Shown: positions 8,982 through 18,540 of the stretch, piece by piece | Layout of the letters: each line of letters opens with the position of its first letter | Position numbering within the stretch: position 1 is the stretch's first letter | Assembly (NCBI GenBank): GCA_903867985.1 | Contig: CAIPTO010000084.1 | Span: 22,810 to 86,809 of the forward strand | From: an uncultured Elusimicrobia bacterium | GTDB taxonomy: Bacteria > Elusimicrobiota > Elusimicrobia > Elusimicrobiales > UBA9959 | Reading direction: 5' to 3' | Length of the DNA stretch: 64,000 nt | Notes under the pieces: generated by a model | Told to the model about the DNA's origin: nothing | Database searches by the model: none | The model's input: only the letters and a program-made list of their open reading frames with translations | Position numbers and translations under genes: made by a program

Positions 8982-11900
8982 ATGAAATCCCTGAGCCTTA
9001 TCCTCTTTTTTTACCTCTCCGCGAACCTGAGCGCCGGCGTCGTCAGCCACGATCTCAGGATCAGAATAAATCCCGGCCAAAACAGCCTGGAAGCGGAAGA
9101 TGACATAACCCTGCCGGAATACACGGACGGGATAGTATTCTCTCTTCATAAAGGGCTGGCGCCCTCGGCGCTCACTGCGGGAGCCGAACTAAAAGAAATT
9201 AGTTCCGCTCCGTCCGACGATATCTTCACCAGGTATTCCATCCTCCTGCCGGCCGGTGTGAAAACCTTCAGACTCAAATACAGTGGTGTGATTTATCATC
9301 CGCTGGCGGAACAAGCCGAAAACTACGCCCGCTCTTTCTCCGAAACCCCTGGTCTGATAAGCGCCGACGGCGTATATCTGTCCGGCGCGTCTTTCTGGTA
9401 TCCGGAATTTGACGGGCAGCTCTCTAAATTCAAGATTGAAACGGATCTGCCCCAAAACTACGAATCGATCTCCGGGGGCGACAGAGTTTCCAGGAAGGAA
9501 CATGACGGCCGGACACTGACCACATGGAAAACCGCTTTTCCCCAGGATGAGATAACCCTGGTCTGCGGCAAATATAAGGAATATAAAACTTCCGCCGGCG
9601 GCTTAGACTTCTATGTATTCCTGCAGGAGTCTGACGGGGAGCTGGCTCAAAAATATCTGACCGCCACCAGGCAGTATGTGGACATGTATTCGGGCCTGCT
9701 GGGCCCCTATCCGTACGGAAAATTCGCCCTGGTCGAAAATTTTTGGGAAACCGGCTACGGCATGCCATCCTTCACTCTGCTGGGGCCAAAGGTCATCCGC
9801 CTGCCTTTCATCCTGAACTCGTCCTATCCGCATGAAATATTGCACAACTGGTGGGGCAATGGCGTTTTCGTGGATTATAAGAACGGCAACTGGTGCGAAG
9901 GACTGACCGCCTACCTTGCCGATTACCTCATCAGCGAGGGCCGCGGCAAAGGCCGGGAATACCGCATGACTACCCTGCAAAAATACGCCGATTACGCGCG
10001 CCAGGGAAAGGATTTCCCGCTGCGGGAGTTCCGCTCGCGTGACTCCTCGGCCTCGGAAGCTGTCGGCTACGGGAAGGCGATGATGTTGTACCATATGCTC
10101 AGGATCAGCCTTGGGGACGAGAAGTTTAAAGCGGGCCTGAGGGACTTCTACAAGAACAATAAATTTAAGCTCGCATCCTTTGAGGACCTGAAGATCTCTT
10201 TTGAAAAACAGACCGGCCGTACCAGGCTGGATAATTTTTTCAAACAGTGGGTCGACCGGTCCGGAGCCCCGGAATTATCGCTTAAGGATATCAGGATAAC
10301 GCGTGAATTTGACGATTTCGCCCTGGAGTTCACCATCGCTCAGCTTCAGGACGGCCCGGCGTATCAGCTTGAGGTCCCGGTCGCGATACAGCTTGAAAAT
10401 ATAAGCCAGCCCCGCCTGATGCGCCTGGTCATGAAAAAAAAAGAGGAGATCTTTAAGTATTTTTCAAAAACGCGCCCGACACGGGTGGAGCTGGATCCGG
10501 AATTCGATCTGTTTCGAAGATTGAGTCCGCTTGAAACTCCTCCCACGCTGTCGCGCCTGCTGGGCGCGGATAAGCCGCTAATAGTACTGCCCTCAGCCGC
10601 CTCCGGGGGAATTTTTAAAGCCTATCGGGATTTAGCTGCGGGTTGGAGTAAAGATGCAGGCAATTTGCCGGAGATAAAAAACGACTCGGAGTTATCCGCC
10701 CTGCCCGGAGACCGCCATATATGGATCTTTGGACAGGAAAACAAATTTTATCCGGCTCTCGCCGCCCGCCTGGAAACGCTCGGGGCAGTATTCTCTCCCG
10801 GCCGGGTGCTATTGGATAACCAGGACTTCCCTGTAGCATCCTCAACATTTGTTCTGGCGGATTTAAATTCTGAAAATCCGCTTTATTCCGTCGGGCTGAT
10901 ACTCGCAAGCAGGCCGGAAAAACTACAATTACTTGCCGCCAAGATCCCTCATTACGGAAAATACGGCTACCTGGTATTCGACGGCGAAATGACTTCCCTG
11001 GCGACTGGCGGCTGGCAAGTGAAGAATTCCCCCCTGTCCGCGGTATTGAGCGATGCCTCCGTGCGCCAGACTTATCCCGCGCGCCCGCCGCTGGCCGCTC
11101 CAGCCTCAATCTTCTCCATCAAGCGTATAAAACCGCATATTTCTTACCTGGCCTCCGGCCTTGAAGGACGCGGGCCGGGAGAGCCGGGCCTGGAAAAAGC
11201 TCACAAGTATATCAGCGCGATGTTCCGCCAATACGGTTTGAAGCCGTTTTTTGAAGGCGGATTCACTCAGGAATGGAAGGAGTCAGGACAAACCTTCAGG
11301 AATCTGGCCGGAGTAGTGGAGGGTTCCGGACGCAAGGACGAATATGTGATTATAAGCGCCCATTACGATCATCTGCCTTCCGGGAAGGGCGGTGTCTATC
11401 CCGGCGCCAACGACAACGCCTCCGGCGTGGCGCTCATGCTCGAACTGGCACGGTATTATTCAAAACACCCCCCCGCGCGCTCGATCATTTTCACCGCTTT
11501 TGCCGGCGAGGAGGAGGGCCGGATAGGTTCAAAACATTTCGTACATGCACTGCCCGAAACGACTCTGGCGAAGATTGACGCCGATATAAATTTGGATTCC
11601 GTCGGCCGACTGGACGGCGGCAAAATGATATTTTTAAACTCCGGTTCCTCCGACAAGTGGATCCATATACTGCGGGGCGCCGGCTTTGTAACCGGCACCG
11701 ACTACGAAGCCTCAAAACTCGACCTTGACTCAAGCGACCAGGCCAGTTTCACGGAAGCGGGAGTGCCCGCCATACAGGCGCTCAGCGGCGTGAACGACGA
11801 TTACCACAAAACAACAGACACGGCCGACAAAATAGATTATGACGGCATGGTAAAAGAAGCGGAATTTATGAAAGAAATAACGGACTATCTGGCCGGCGAC

Positions 11901-12221
11901 AGCGCCCTGATCACGCGCCCGCTAGCCGCAAAGGCGCCCGGCCAGTCAACCGAACGGCGAAAGGTTTCCACCGGACTCGTACCGTCATTTGAGTGGCAGG
12001 GTAAAGGAGTCAAAGCGGACTCCGTGACCGAGGGCTCCCCCTTGTCCAGGGCCGGAATCAGGGCCGGAGATGTGATCATAAAAATCAACGATGTCACCGC
12101 CGATAATTTGCGCGAGTATTCACACGAATTAAGCAAGTATAAACCCGGCGACAGGGTGAAGCTGACATATCTGAGCGATAATCTGGAAAAAACCGTAGAA
12201 ATAGAGCTGATAGAACGATAA
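8982..12221 (+). CDS. Secreted multidomain peptidase: M1 aminopeptidase + M28 peptidase + PDZ
   Basis: HEILHNWWG...EGLTAY (M1 HExxH-x18-E), SAHYDH, GANDNASG, GEEEG, SSDQASF, YHKTTD (M28) and a C-terminal PDZ. Start at ATG 8982 after GGAG. Confidence 0.85.
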   Translation: MKSLSLILFFYLSANLSAGVVSHDLRIRINPGQNSLEAEDDITLPEYTDGIVFSLHKGLAPSALTAGAELKEISSAPSDDIFTRYSILLPAGVKTFRLKYSGVIYHPLAEQAENYARSFSETPGLISADGVYLSGASFWYPEFDGQLSKFKIETDLPQNYESISGGDRVSRKEHDGRTLTTWKTAFPQDEITLVCGKYKEYKTSAGGLDFYVFLQESDGELAQKYLTATRQYVDMYSGLLGPYPYGKFALVENFWETGYGMPSFTLLGPKVIRLPFILNSSYPHEILHNWWGNGVFVDYKNGNWCEGLTAYLADYLISEGRGKGREYRMTTLQKYADYARQGKDFPLREFRSRDSSASEAVGYGKAMMLYHMLRISLGDEKFKAGLRDFYKNNKFKLASFEDLKISFEKQTGRTRLDNFFKQWVDRSGAPELSLKDIRITREFDDFALEFTIAQLQDGPAYQLEVPVAIQLENISQPRLMRLVMKKKEEIFKYFSKTRPTRVELDPEFDLFRRLSPLETPPTLSRLLGADKPLIVLPSAASGGIFKAYRDLAAGWSKDAGNLPEIKNDSELSALPGDRHIWIFGQENKFYPALAARLETLGAVFSPGRVLLDNQDFPVASSTFVLADLNSENPLYSVGLILASRPEKLQLLAAKIPHYGKYGYLVFDGEMTSLATGGWQVKNSPLSAVLSDASVRQTYPARPPLAAPASIFSIKRIKPHISYLASGLEGRGPGEPGLEKAHKYISAMFRQYGLKPFFEGGFTQEWKESGQTFRNLAGVVEGSGRKDEYVIISAHYDHLPSGKGGVYPGANDNASGVALMLELARYYSKHPPARSIIFTAFAGEEEGRIGSKHFVHALPETTLAKIDADINLDSVGRLDGGKMIFLNSGSSDKWIHILRGAGFVTGTDYEASKLDLDSSDQASFTEAGVPAIQALSGVNDDYHKTTDTADKIDYDGMVKEAEFMKEITDYLAGDSALITRPLAAKAPGQSTERRKVSTGLVPSFEWQGKGVKADSVTEGSPLSRAGIRAGDVIIKINDVTADNLREYSHELSKYKPGDRVKLTYLSDNLEKTVEIELIER

Positions 12222-12239
12222 GCGGCCGGCGCCGGCCGC
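12222..12239. terminator. Perfect 18-bp GC palindrome between convergent genes; possible terminator or mRNA-stabilising hairpin
   Basis: GCGGCCGGCGCCGGCCGC directly after the stop codon at 12221. No clear U tract. Confidence 0.4.
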
Positions 12240-12265
12240 CTCGGAGCAAACCTTAAAATATAATT

Positions 12266-12916
12266 TTACAGGAAAGGAAGAACGCTGAGGAAATCCTGGG
12301 GCGGATCCACCTTAAGGGTCTTTTTTTTGCCGGCCATATCCGTAAACTCAAGCGAATAGGAGTGAAGCATCAAGCGCGGATAAGCGGCCTGCTTCACCTG
12401 GTCTCCGTATAGGCGATCGCCTATAACCGGATGTTTTATGTAGTACATGTGAACCCGTATCTGGTGGCGCCGGCCGGTAATCAGTTGCACTTCAAGCAAT
12501 GTCGAGTTTTTATACTGTTCCAGAACTTCGTACCTGGTGAGCGAATCTTTGCCTTCGAAACCCACCCCCATACGCCCTGAGCCGTAGGGTTTTATAGGCT
12601 TATCAACCTCGCCGCGTCTGGGCGCGACATCGCCCTCCACGGCTACAAGATATTTCTTTTTAATCGCTTTCGTCTCAAACATGATGGAGAAGTAACGGTG
12701 GGCTTTTTCATTCTTTGCGAAGACAATAAGGCCGCTGGCGTCCTTGTCCAGACGATGCACGACATACATAGGGCGCTTAAGCGCCTGGGTCAGAAGAGCG
12801 AGAAGATTCTTTTCCCGGGCGGCGGGGCCCCGGCCCGGCATTGTCAGCAGCCCAGAGGGTTTGTTGACAACGATATAGTCGTCATCCTCAAAAACTATTT
12901 CAAAAGGACTCATCAA
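12266..12916 (-). CDS. RluA-family pseudouridine synthase
   Basis: VNKPSGL, HRLDKDASG, TGRRHQIRVH, PVIGDRLYG, LMLHS. Confidence 0.9.
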   Translation of the reverse strand: MMSPFEIVFEDDDYIVVNKPSGLLTMPGRGPAAREKNLLALLTQALKRPMYVVHRLDKDASGLIVFAKNEKAHRYFSIMFETKAIKKKYLVAVEGDVAPRRGEVDKPIKPYGSGRMGVGFEGKDSLTRYEVLEQYKNSTLLEVQLITGRRHQIRVHMYYIKHPVIGDRLYGDQVKQAAYPRLMLHSYSLEFTDMAGKKKTLKVDPPQDFLSVLPFL

Positions 12917-14133
12917 GCCAGCTCCGGGTGGAAATCTCTTTTATAACACCAACCGCCTAAAATGGACGTCACGCCGCCGAAAAACAGGAACATCACCGCC
13001 AGGAAAATGGCGACCCCCAGGCCGCTTACGTCAGAAACCATGCCGAGTATCGTGGGCGAGATGGCGTCGCCAAAGGCGTGAAGTATAAAAATATCAAGGG
13101 CGAAAGCCATGGAGCGCATATTCACGGGGGTGATCTCAACGATAGCCGCGTGGTAAGGGCCGGAATGCATGAAAATAAAGAATTCGGTCATAAACACCAT
13201 TGCAAGCGCCATGGGAAGGCTGTTGGACAGAACTATCATAACGCCGAAGGGCATGCTGAGGAAAAAACTGAGGTACCCCACGATAAAATAAGAGCGTTTG
13301 GTCTTTTTATGCAACCAGTCGGCTATCCATCCGCCGGAGAGACTGCCGGCTATTCCGGCCAGAACAGTGACGGCGCCGAAATATAAACCCGCCCGCGCCA
13401 CAGAGAGGCCGAACTCCCTCACAAAGAACGACGGCATCCAGGCGGCCAGGCCGCCCACCGAAAAAGTACCGATTGCCTGGGTGAAAGCTATCAGCATAAA
13501 GGTTCTGTTTTTGAAAAGGTCTTTATACTGGCTTACCTTGATCCGCTCGGATTTTCTGGCCTTTTTCTCATCCGTTTCTCTGAGGAACATGGTGCTGATA
13601 CCCAAAAGTATGCCGGGCGCCGCGACAATATAAAAAGCGGCGCGCCAGCCGAAACGTTGTCCCAGCACGCCCCCGAGAAGATACCCTATTGCGCTGCCGA
13701 CCGGGATAGCCAGAGCGTAAAGGGCCATAACGCGCGCGCGTTTATCGATCGGGAACCATTCAGCCAGGTACGACGGCGAGACCGTGCCGTAACCGGCTTC
13801 ACCCACGCCCACGGCCGAGCGGGTAAACAGCATCTGGGGATAAGTCTTCGTCAAGCCGGTGAAAATGGTGGCCACACTCCAGAAAATGGCGCTGATACCG
13901 ATTATCGAAGACCGTTTATACTTGTCTCCGAAATAGCCGACCAGTGGCGCGAAGCACATGTAAACGATCATAAAGGAGGAGGCCAGAAAACCCAACTGGG
14001 TGTCGGTCAGAAACAGTTCCTTCTTTATCAACGGAAATACAGCGTAGAGCACCTGCCTGTCTATATAGTTAAAAAGGCTGACACAAAAGATCAGAAGCAG
14101 CACTTTCTTCGCGTAAGGATTATTGGTGAACAT
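12913..14133 (-). CDS. MFS transporter (spinster-like)
   Basis: NYIDRQ, GYFGDKYKR, RSAVGVGEAG and about 12 hydrophobic segments. Start moved to the ATG at 14133. Confidence 0.88.
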   Translation of the reverse strand: MFTNNPYAKKVLLLIFCVSLFNYIDRQVLYAVFPLIKKELFLTDTQLGFLASSFMIVYMCFAPLVGYFGDKYKRSSIIGISAIFWSVATIFTGLTKTYPQMLFTRSAVGVGEAGYGTVSPSYLAEWFPIDKRARVMALYALAIPVGSAIGYLLGGVLGQRFGWRAAFYIVAAPGILLGISTMFLRETDEKKARKSERIKVSQYKDLFKNRTFMLIAFTQAIGTFSVGGLAAWMPSFFVREFGLSVARAGLYFGAVTVLAGIAGSLSGGWIADWLHKKTKRSYFIVGYLSFFLSMPFGVMIVLSNSLPMALAMVFMTEFFIFMHSGPYHAAIVEITPVNMRSMAFALDIFILHAFGDAISPTILGMVSDVSGLGVAIFLAVMFLFFGGVTSILGGWCYKRDFHPELA

Positions 14134-14261
14134 CGCTATTATTCTACCAAATAGGACCGCCGGCCCACAGGAAAAAGGTAAAATTATGCTAATATTATTT
14201 AACAGGTCACGTACAAAACAATATAGCTGCAAAGTCTGCACGCTGCTGAACAGGAGCCACA

Positions 14262-15695
14262 ATGAAAACTCTCGCTGAAAAACCCTCAAAAAATATAGCT
14301 TACGCCCACAAGAACGGCTATGAAATAATTTCCGCGGCTGAAGCCAAATTAATGGAAGCGTTCAACAAACTGTATCTGGATTTTTTAAGTGACAGCAAGA
14401 CCGAGCGTGAAGCGCACGACAAAGGCGTAAACCTGCTGGAAGCTTCCGGCTTTAAAGATCTGGTCAAGTTTGAAAACGGGCGCATAAAACTCGCGCCCGG
14501 AGACCGGGTTTATAAATCCTGCGCGGGCAAGACGCTCATGGCCGTCATCATCGGCAAAAAACCGCTGGAGGCCGGAATGCACATCGTGGGAGCCCATACG
14601 GACGCGCCCCGCATTGATATTAAACAGAACCCGCTTTACGAGAACGGAGATATGGCGCTTTTGGATACGCATTACTACGGCGGCATAAAGAAATATCAAT
14701 GGGTCACGATCCCGCTGGCCCTGCATGGGGTGTTCGTTAAGCCAAACGGGAAGACGATCACGATCACCATCGGCGAAGATCCCTCCGACCCCGTACTCTG
14801 CATTACCGACCTCCTGCCACATCTATCCGCCGACCAGAACAAGAAAACCCTCTCAGAGGGGATAGAGGGCGAGAATCTGGATGTCATCGTTGGGTCTGTG
14901 CCCGTCAGCGAAAAAAGCCGGAAGGAAAAGATAAAACACAATATTCTCCAGTTGCTGCACGACAAATACGGCGTCACCGAAGAGGACTTTCTTTCCGCCG
15001 AACTTGAACTGGTTCCCGCCGGCAGGCCACGGGAAGCCGGCCTGGACCGCTCCATGATACTCGGCTACGGTCAGGACGACCGCGTCTGCGCGTACGCCGG
15101 CCTTAAGGCGCTCGTGGATATAAAAGGTATCCCAGAATACACCGCGTCAGTACTCCTCTGCGACAAGGAGGAGATCGGCTCGGTGGGAGCCACCGGTATG
15201 GCTTCAAACTTTTTTGAGAACACTTCCGCGGAACTGCTGAACCTGACCACGGACAGTTACAACGAACTCACCCTGAAACGCGCCCTCAATAATTCATGGA
15301 TGATTTCAGCCGATGTCAACGCGCTTTTCGACCCGCTTTACGCCTCGGTCTCGGAAAAAAAGAACTCCGCGATCCTCAATCACGGAGTGTGTCTGAGCAA
15401 ATACGGCGGATCCCGCGGCAAGTCCGGTTCTTCTGACGCCAGCGCGGAATTTGTGGCGGAAATAAGGAGAATCTTCGACAAAGCCGGAGTCATCTGGCAA
15501 ACCGGCGAGCTGGGCAAAGTTGACCAGGGCGGCGGCGGCACCATCGCCTGGCTTATGGCGCGCTACGGCATGCATGTAGTGGACTGCGGGGTCGGCCTCT
15601 TATCGATGCACTCCCCCATGGAACTGGCAGGAAAGCTGGATATATTTATGGCGTATAAGGCCTATCTGGCATTCCTTAAGGATGGGAGGAAATAA
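14262..15695 (+). CDS. M18-family aminopeptidase (aspartyl aminopeptidase / ApeA-like)
   Basis: KTEREA, GAHTDAPR, GYGQDDRVC, DKEEIGS, ISADV, LSMHSPME. Confidence 0.9.
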   Translation: MKTLAEKPSKNIAYAHKNGYEIISAAEAKLMEAFNKLYLDFLSDSKTEREAHDKGVNLLEASGFKDLVKFENGRIKLAPGDRVYKSCAGKTLMAVIIGKKPLEAGMHIVGAHTDAPRIDIKQNPLYENGDMALLDTHYYGGIKKYQWVTIPLALHGVFVKPNGKTITITIGEDPSDPVLCITDLLPHLSADQNKKTLSEGIEGENLDVIVGSVPVSEKSRKEKIKHNILQLLHDKYGVTEEDFLSAELELVPAGRPREAGLDRSMILGYGQDDRVCAYAGLKALVDIKGIPEYTASVLLCDKEEIGSVGATGMASNFFENTSAELLNLTTDSYNELTLKRALNNSWMISADVNALFDPLYASVSEKKNSAILNHGVCLSKYGGSRGKSGSSDASAEFVAEIRRIFDKAGVIWQTGELGKVDQGGGGTIAWLMARYGMHVVDCGVGLLSMHSPMELAGKLDIFMAYKAYLAFLKDGRK

Positions 15696-15700
15696 ATCAA

Positions 15701-15785
15701 AGGATTGGAGGATTGGTCAGACTTAGTGAACATCTTCATGCATCGCTAATCCTCTATTCTTCCAGTCCTCTGATCCTCAAATACT
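15701..15785. repeat. Inverted-arm octamer element (AGGATTGG / CTAATCCT family)
   Basis: Left arm aggattgg aggattgg; right arm ctaatcct ctattctt ccagtcct ctgatcct caaatact, ending at the next ATG. Confidence 0.8.
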
Positions 15786-16283
15786 ATGTCTATTAAAATA
15801 ATCGTTACCGGCGGAACCTTCGATAAGGAGTACAACGAATTCAACGGCGAGCTTTTCTTCAGGAGCACCCACCTGCGCGAGATGCTGGCGCTGGGCCGTT
15901 CCCGGGTCGCAGTGAACATAAAGACGCTTCTGATGGTGGACAGCCTGTTTATGACAGTTTCACACCGCAAAAAGATCCTCCGCGAGTGCCTTGCCTCCAA
16001 GGAGCACAGCATTGTCATAACTCACGGCACCGACACCATGCCGGAAACCGCCCGACTGCTTGGCCCGAAAATAACTAACAAAACCGTGGTGCTCACCGGG
16101 GCCATGGTGCCGTACAAGTTCGGCAGCTCGGACGGAATGTTCAATCTGGGCTCAGCTATCTCCTTCTCGCAAACGCTCCCCCCGGGCGTCTACATAGCAA
16201 TGAACGGACGTTATTTCAACTGGTATAATGTAAGGAAAAATAAAACCAAAGGCGAGTTTACTGAGCAGCAGACTTTAAAATAA
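15786..16283 (+). CDS. Short asparaginase-domain protein (N-terminal catalytic domain only)
   Basis: TGGTFDK, VDSL, ITHGTDTM, VVLTGAMVP, GVYIAMNG. Confidence 0.85.
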   Translation: MSIKIIVTGGTFDKEYNEFNGELFFRSTHLREMLALGRSRVAVNIKTLLMVDSLFMTVSHRKKILRECLASKEHSIVITHGTDTMPETARLLGPKITNKTVVLTGAMVPYKFGSSDGMFNLGSAISFSQTLPPGVYIAMNGRYFNWYNVRKNKTKGEFTEQQTLK

Positions 16284-16360
16284 TAGCCATCTTCTATTTG
16301 CCTTTGACCATGCGCAGAGCTTAAAGGGCGCATTGCAGCCGAAGGCGTATAGCGAATGCT
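16284..16360. repeat. Degenerate heptamer element (GCCTATG / CATAGGC family) between convergent genes
   Basis: tttgcct ttgacca tgcgcag resembles tttgcct ttggcca ... tacgcag near 29424; the right part gcgtata gcgaatg resembles gcatata gcctatg. Confidence 0.5.
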
Positions 16361-16370
16361 GACAGTGTTA

Positions 16371-17396
16371 TTAGAACAAACTTTTGTGTTTTTCCCAGGT
16401 AGCCCGGCTGGCAGAGTTAGAGAATGTCTCAACAGCGCCGGTGCCGTCTATCCATACCGCTGACGTGCCCTTTATCCCGCCCAACAACTCAAAAGCCTTT
16501 TTCTTGCCCATCACGGCCAACACCGCCGACGGAATGTATTCCCCGTTCTCTATGGCCGGGAAGTAAACCAGAAGGTTGGAAAAATCCGGTATCGGATATC
16601 CGGTCTTAAGGTCCAAAATATGAGAATAAAGTCTGCCCTCTATCTGCACGAAGTGATCTCTGCCTGATGAGGACATGACTACGCCCTCGTCAAAACGGAA
16701 CCGGCCCAGCGAACGCCCCTCGTGGAACGGGTCCGGCACTTCATAAGACCAGTCTCTCCTGCCATAAGCCAGCATGTAGCCGCCAAGCCTGAGTTCCACC
16801 TGGTATTTATCCGCAGCCAGTTCTTTTAGAACCTTGTAGCCGCGCTCCAGACAATAGCCCCGCAGAAGCCCCCCCATGTTTATTTGGACTGGCTTCGTAA
16901 ACCGGACCATTTTTCGGGCGTAATCTATCTGCACGTAATCGGAACCCATGCCGGACAGCGCTTTGGATATCTCTTCCTTTGAAGGCATTTTCTGGGAGGA
17001 TGCGGCCTCTTTCCAGATCGGCCACAACGGAGCGAATGTCACATCGAATGCGCCCCCCGTCAATTTAAAGTAGTCCATAGACAGGACCAGCAGCTTAAGA
17101 AATTCATCGTCAATCTTAACCCACTCTCCGTAAGCCTTGTTATTGACGTATGTGGTGTATGTAAATGGTTCGCCGAAATTATATTCCTCAGCGATCCGCG
17201 ACCATTCTTTGAAAACGGCGTCGGCGATCTTCTTGCCCCCGGCATCGTCGGAAGTGAACACCTTCACATGCGACGGAACATTCATAATGAACATGTTCCG
17301 GACATACGAGGGCTCCTCCTTCCTTGAACAAGCGGAAAGCGCGAGGAACGCGGCCATCCCGGCCGCCGCCAAATTATATTTTCTAGAAAAACCCAT
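16371..17396 (-). CDS. apbE: FAD:protein FMN transferase (ApbE), lipoprotein
   Basis: Lipobox LSAC; GAFDVTFAPL, INMGGLLRGY, SSSGRDH, YSHILDLKTGYP. Confidence 0.85.
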   Translation of the reverse strand: MGFSRKYNLAAAGMAAFLALSACSRKEEPSYVRNMFIMNVPSHVKVFTSDDAGGKKIADAVFKEWSRIAEEYNFGEPFTYTTYVNNKAYGEWVKIDDEFLKLLVLSMDYFKLTGGAFDVTFAPLWPIWKEAASSQKMPSKEEISKALSGMGSDYVQIDYARKMVRFTKPVQINMGGLLRGYCLERGYKVLKELAADKYQVELRLGGYMLAYGRRDWSYEVPDPFHEGRSLGRFRFDEGVVMSSSGRDHFVQIEGRLYSHILDLKTGYPIPDFSNLLVYFPAIENGEYIPSAVLAVMGKKKAFELLGGIKGTSAVWIDGTGAVETFSNSASRATWEKHKSLF

Positions 17397-17459
17397 TCCA
17401 CCCCCCGGTCAGATGTTTAAACGACTCGGCCGAAGCTTACTGCTTACACCTGAAAAAGA

Positions 17460-18398
17460 TCAATCGTCAGTAGTGGCCCCGTCAAAGAACTTCCCGTTAA
17501 AAACGGTATCTTTGAGAGAGGCGGGCGGGGGCGGCGGAGTCAGCCGTCCCCAGGACTTCGGATGAAGCATGGTGCCGGTGGTCAGCATCTTCTGATCATC
17601 CGAGTAGATGACGTTGCAATCCCGCTTGTACGGCATGGTGGGACAGCCGAACTTGCTGAAAACCGCGTACCGATAGTCGAAGCCGCCGGAGCCGGCATTG
17701 CGCCCGCCCTGGGAAGAAAAGTACTTAAAACCGACCACACTGGAATTATATTCCGGCTGAACCACGCCCTTCAGATCTATATATGCGATAAATGTAACGG
17801 CATGACCGGTGCGGTTGGTGCGGTTGATATTGACGAATGCGCCCGGCTTAAGTTTTTCGAAGGCCGTCCGCTCGCCCATGCCGAAGTTGATCAGGGCGTC
17901 AGCTGTACCATAAGAGTTGAACTCCGGATTAACCCAGATATGGCCTTTAATGTCTGCTACGCTCAGGCCCTCAAAGCTCCGCTTCGGAAGGTATCCATAA
18001 ATCGAATAATCCCCCGTCTCTTCCGCGTAGATTTGATAGGCCGTAAGGATCACTTCCATCTGGGCGGCCACGCACATGGTCAGCGGCGGGCGAAGGGCCG
18101 GAATGGTGCCGTAGGTATGGTAAACGATATCGTGGGTGAGGATGGAGTGTATATCATATCCAAGAAGCCTGTAGTTGGCGTAAAGGAAGTCCACGGCTTT
18201 CAAAACATACTCGTTGAAATACGTCTCATCCGGCGGCGCTGGTTTGAGGACGGGAAAAGGATAAACTTCATTTTCGATTGCAGGAACTGAGACAGAGCCG
18301 ATGGCGTCCGACCGAACCGCGTCAAGCATAAACGCCGATTCCGCGGCAAAAGCGCCGGAGGCAAAAATGAATAACATGGGAGCGAAAAAATTCAGCAT
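17460..18398 (-). CDS. Secreted hypothetical protein, possibly a papain-like (Cys-His) hydrolase fold
   Basis: Signal peptide from ATG 18398; TMCVAAQME, TGHAVTFI, YFSSQG. The fold assignment is inference. Confidence 0.65.
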   Translation of the reverse strand: MLNFFAPMLFIFASGAFAAESAFMLDAVRSDAIGSVSVPAIENEVYPFPVLKPAPPDETYFNEYVLKAVDFLYANYRLLGYDIHSILTHDIVYHTYGTIPALRPPLTMCVAAQMEVILTAYQIYAEETGDYSIYGYLPKRSFEGLSVADIKGHIWVNPEFNSYGTADALINFGMGERTAFEKLKPGAFVNINRTNRTGHAVTFIAYIDLKGVVQPEYNSSVVGFKYFSSQGGRNAGSGGFDYRYAVFSKFGCPTMPYKRDCNVIYSDDQKMLTTGTMLHPKSWGRLTPPPPPASLKDTVFNGKFFDGATTDD

Positions 18399-18479
18399 AT
18401 ATCTATAGATTTGATTTGGTTTATTATACCAATAAAAAACGACCGAATCACCTGGCTCCAATATGCGGCCCTTTCTCTT

Positions 18480-18508
18480 TTGACTTAGCAGATTTGTTTT
18501 TGTATCCT
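18480..18508 (+). promoter_or_regulatory. Sigma70-type promoter of the FlgO/VWA gene
   Basis: TTGACT-17 nt-TATCCT upstream of GAGGGG and the ATG at 18541. Confidence 0.45.
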
Positions 18509-18540
18509 AAATTCATCAAATTCACGCGAGGGGTGCTATT

